NCBI GenBank assembly: GCA_040954595.2
Contig: CM082591.2
Coordinates: 4,077,957-4,141,956, forward strand
Source: Balanoglossus misakiensis
Taxonomy: Eukaryota; Animalia; Hemichordata
Length of the DNA: 64,000 nucleotides
Reading direction: 5' to 3'
Below, piece after piece: positions 64,000 through 64,000 of this stretch. Both the position numbers and the translations under genes were made by a program. How positions within the stretch are numbered: the first letter of the stretch is position 1; each line of letters starts with the position of its first letter. The notes under the pieces were generated by a model. That model was not told the origin of the DNA. It saw nothing but the letters and a program-made list of their open reading frames with translations, and ran no database searches.

Positions 64000-64000
64000 G

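Overview
This is eukaryotic (metazoan) genomic DNA. It is AT-rich with short GT-AG introns and many (TATG)n tracts; an invertebrate deuterostome such as a hemichordate or echinoderm is my inference, not proven. Reading splice sites by hand gives these genes, in order: the 3' half of LDLRAD3 (+); an Ikaros/Pegasus-type zinc-finger gene (-), head-to-head with a 14-exon ITFG2 (+); an intact 8-exon CEPT1/CHPT1-family gene (-) with an altered CDP-alcohol phosphotransferase motif; an orphan 186-aa ORF (-); a 13-exon CNDP2 (-); a melatonin-receptor-like GPCR (+); four 9-exon mitochondrial-clan (CYP27-like) P450s (two -, two +); an NXPE-family gene (+); and possibly the C-terminus of another gene at the right edge. 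Introns carry several MITE families, LINE remnants, a degenerate Penelope-type hammerhead and a dispersed ~62-bp satellite. No rRNA, tRNA or CRISPR was recognised. The most interesting leads are the non-canonical CEPT paralog and the diversifying P450 cluster (I-helix Thr->Ala paralog, duplication junction, mosaic identity).
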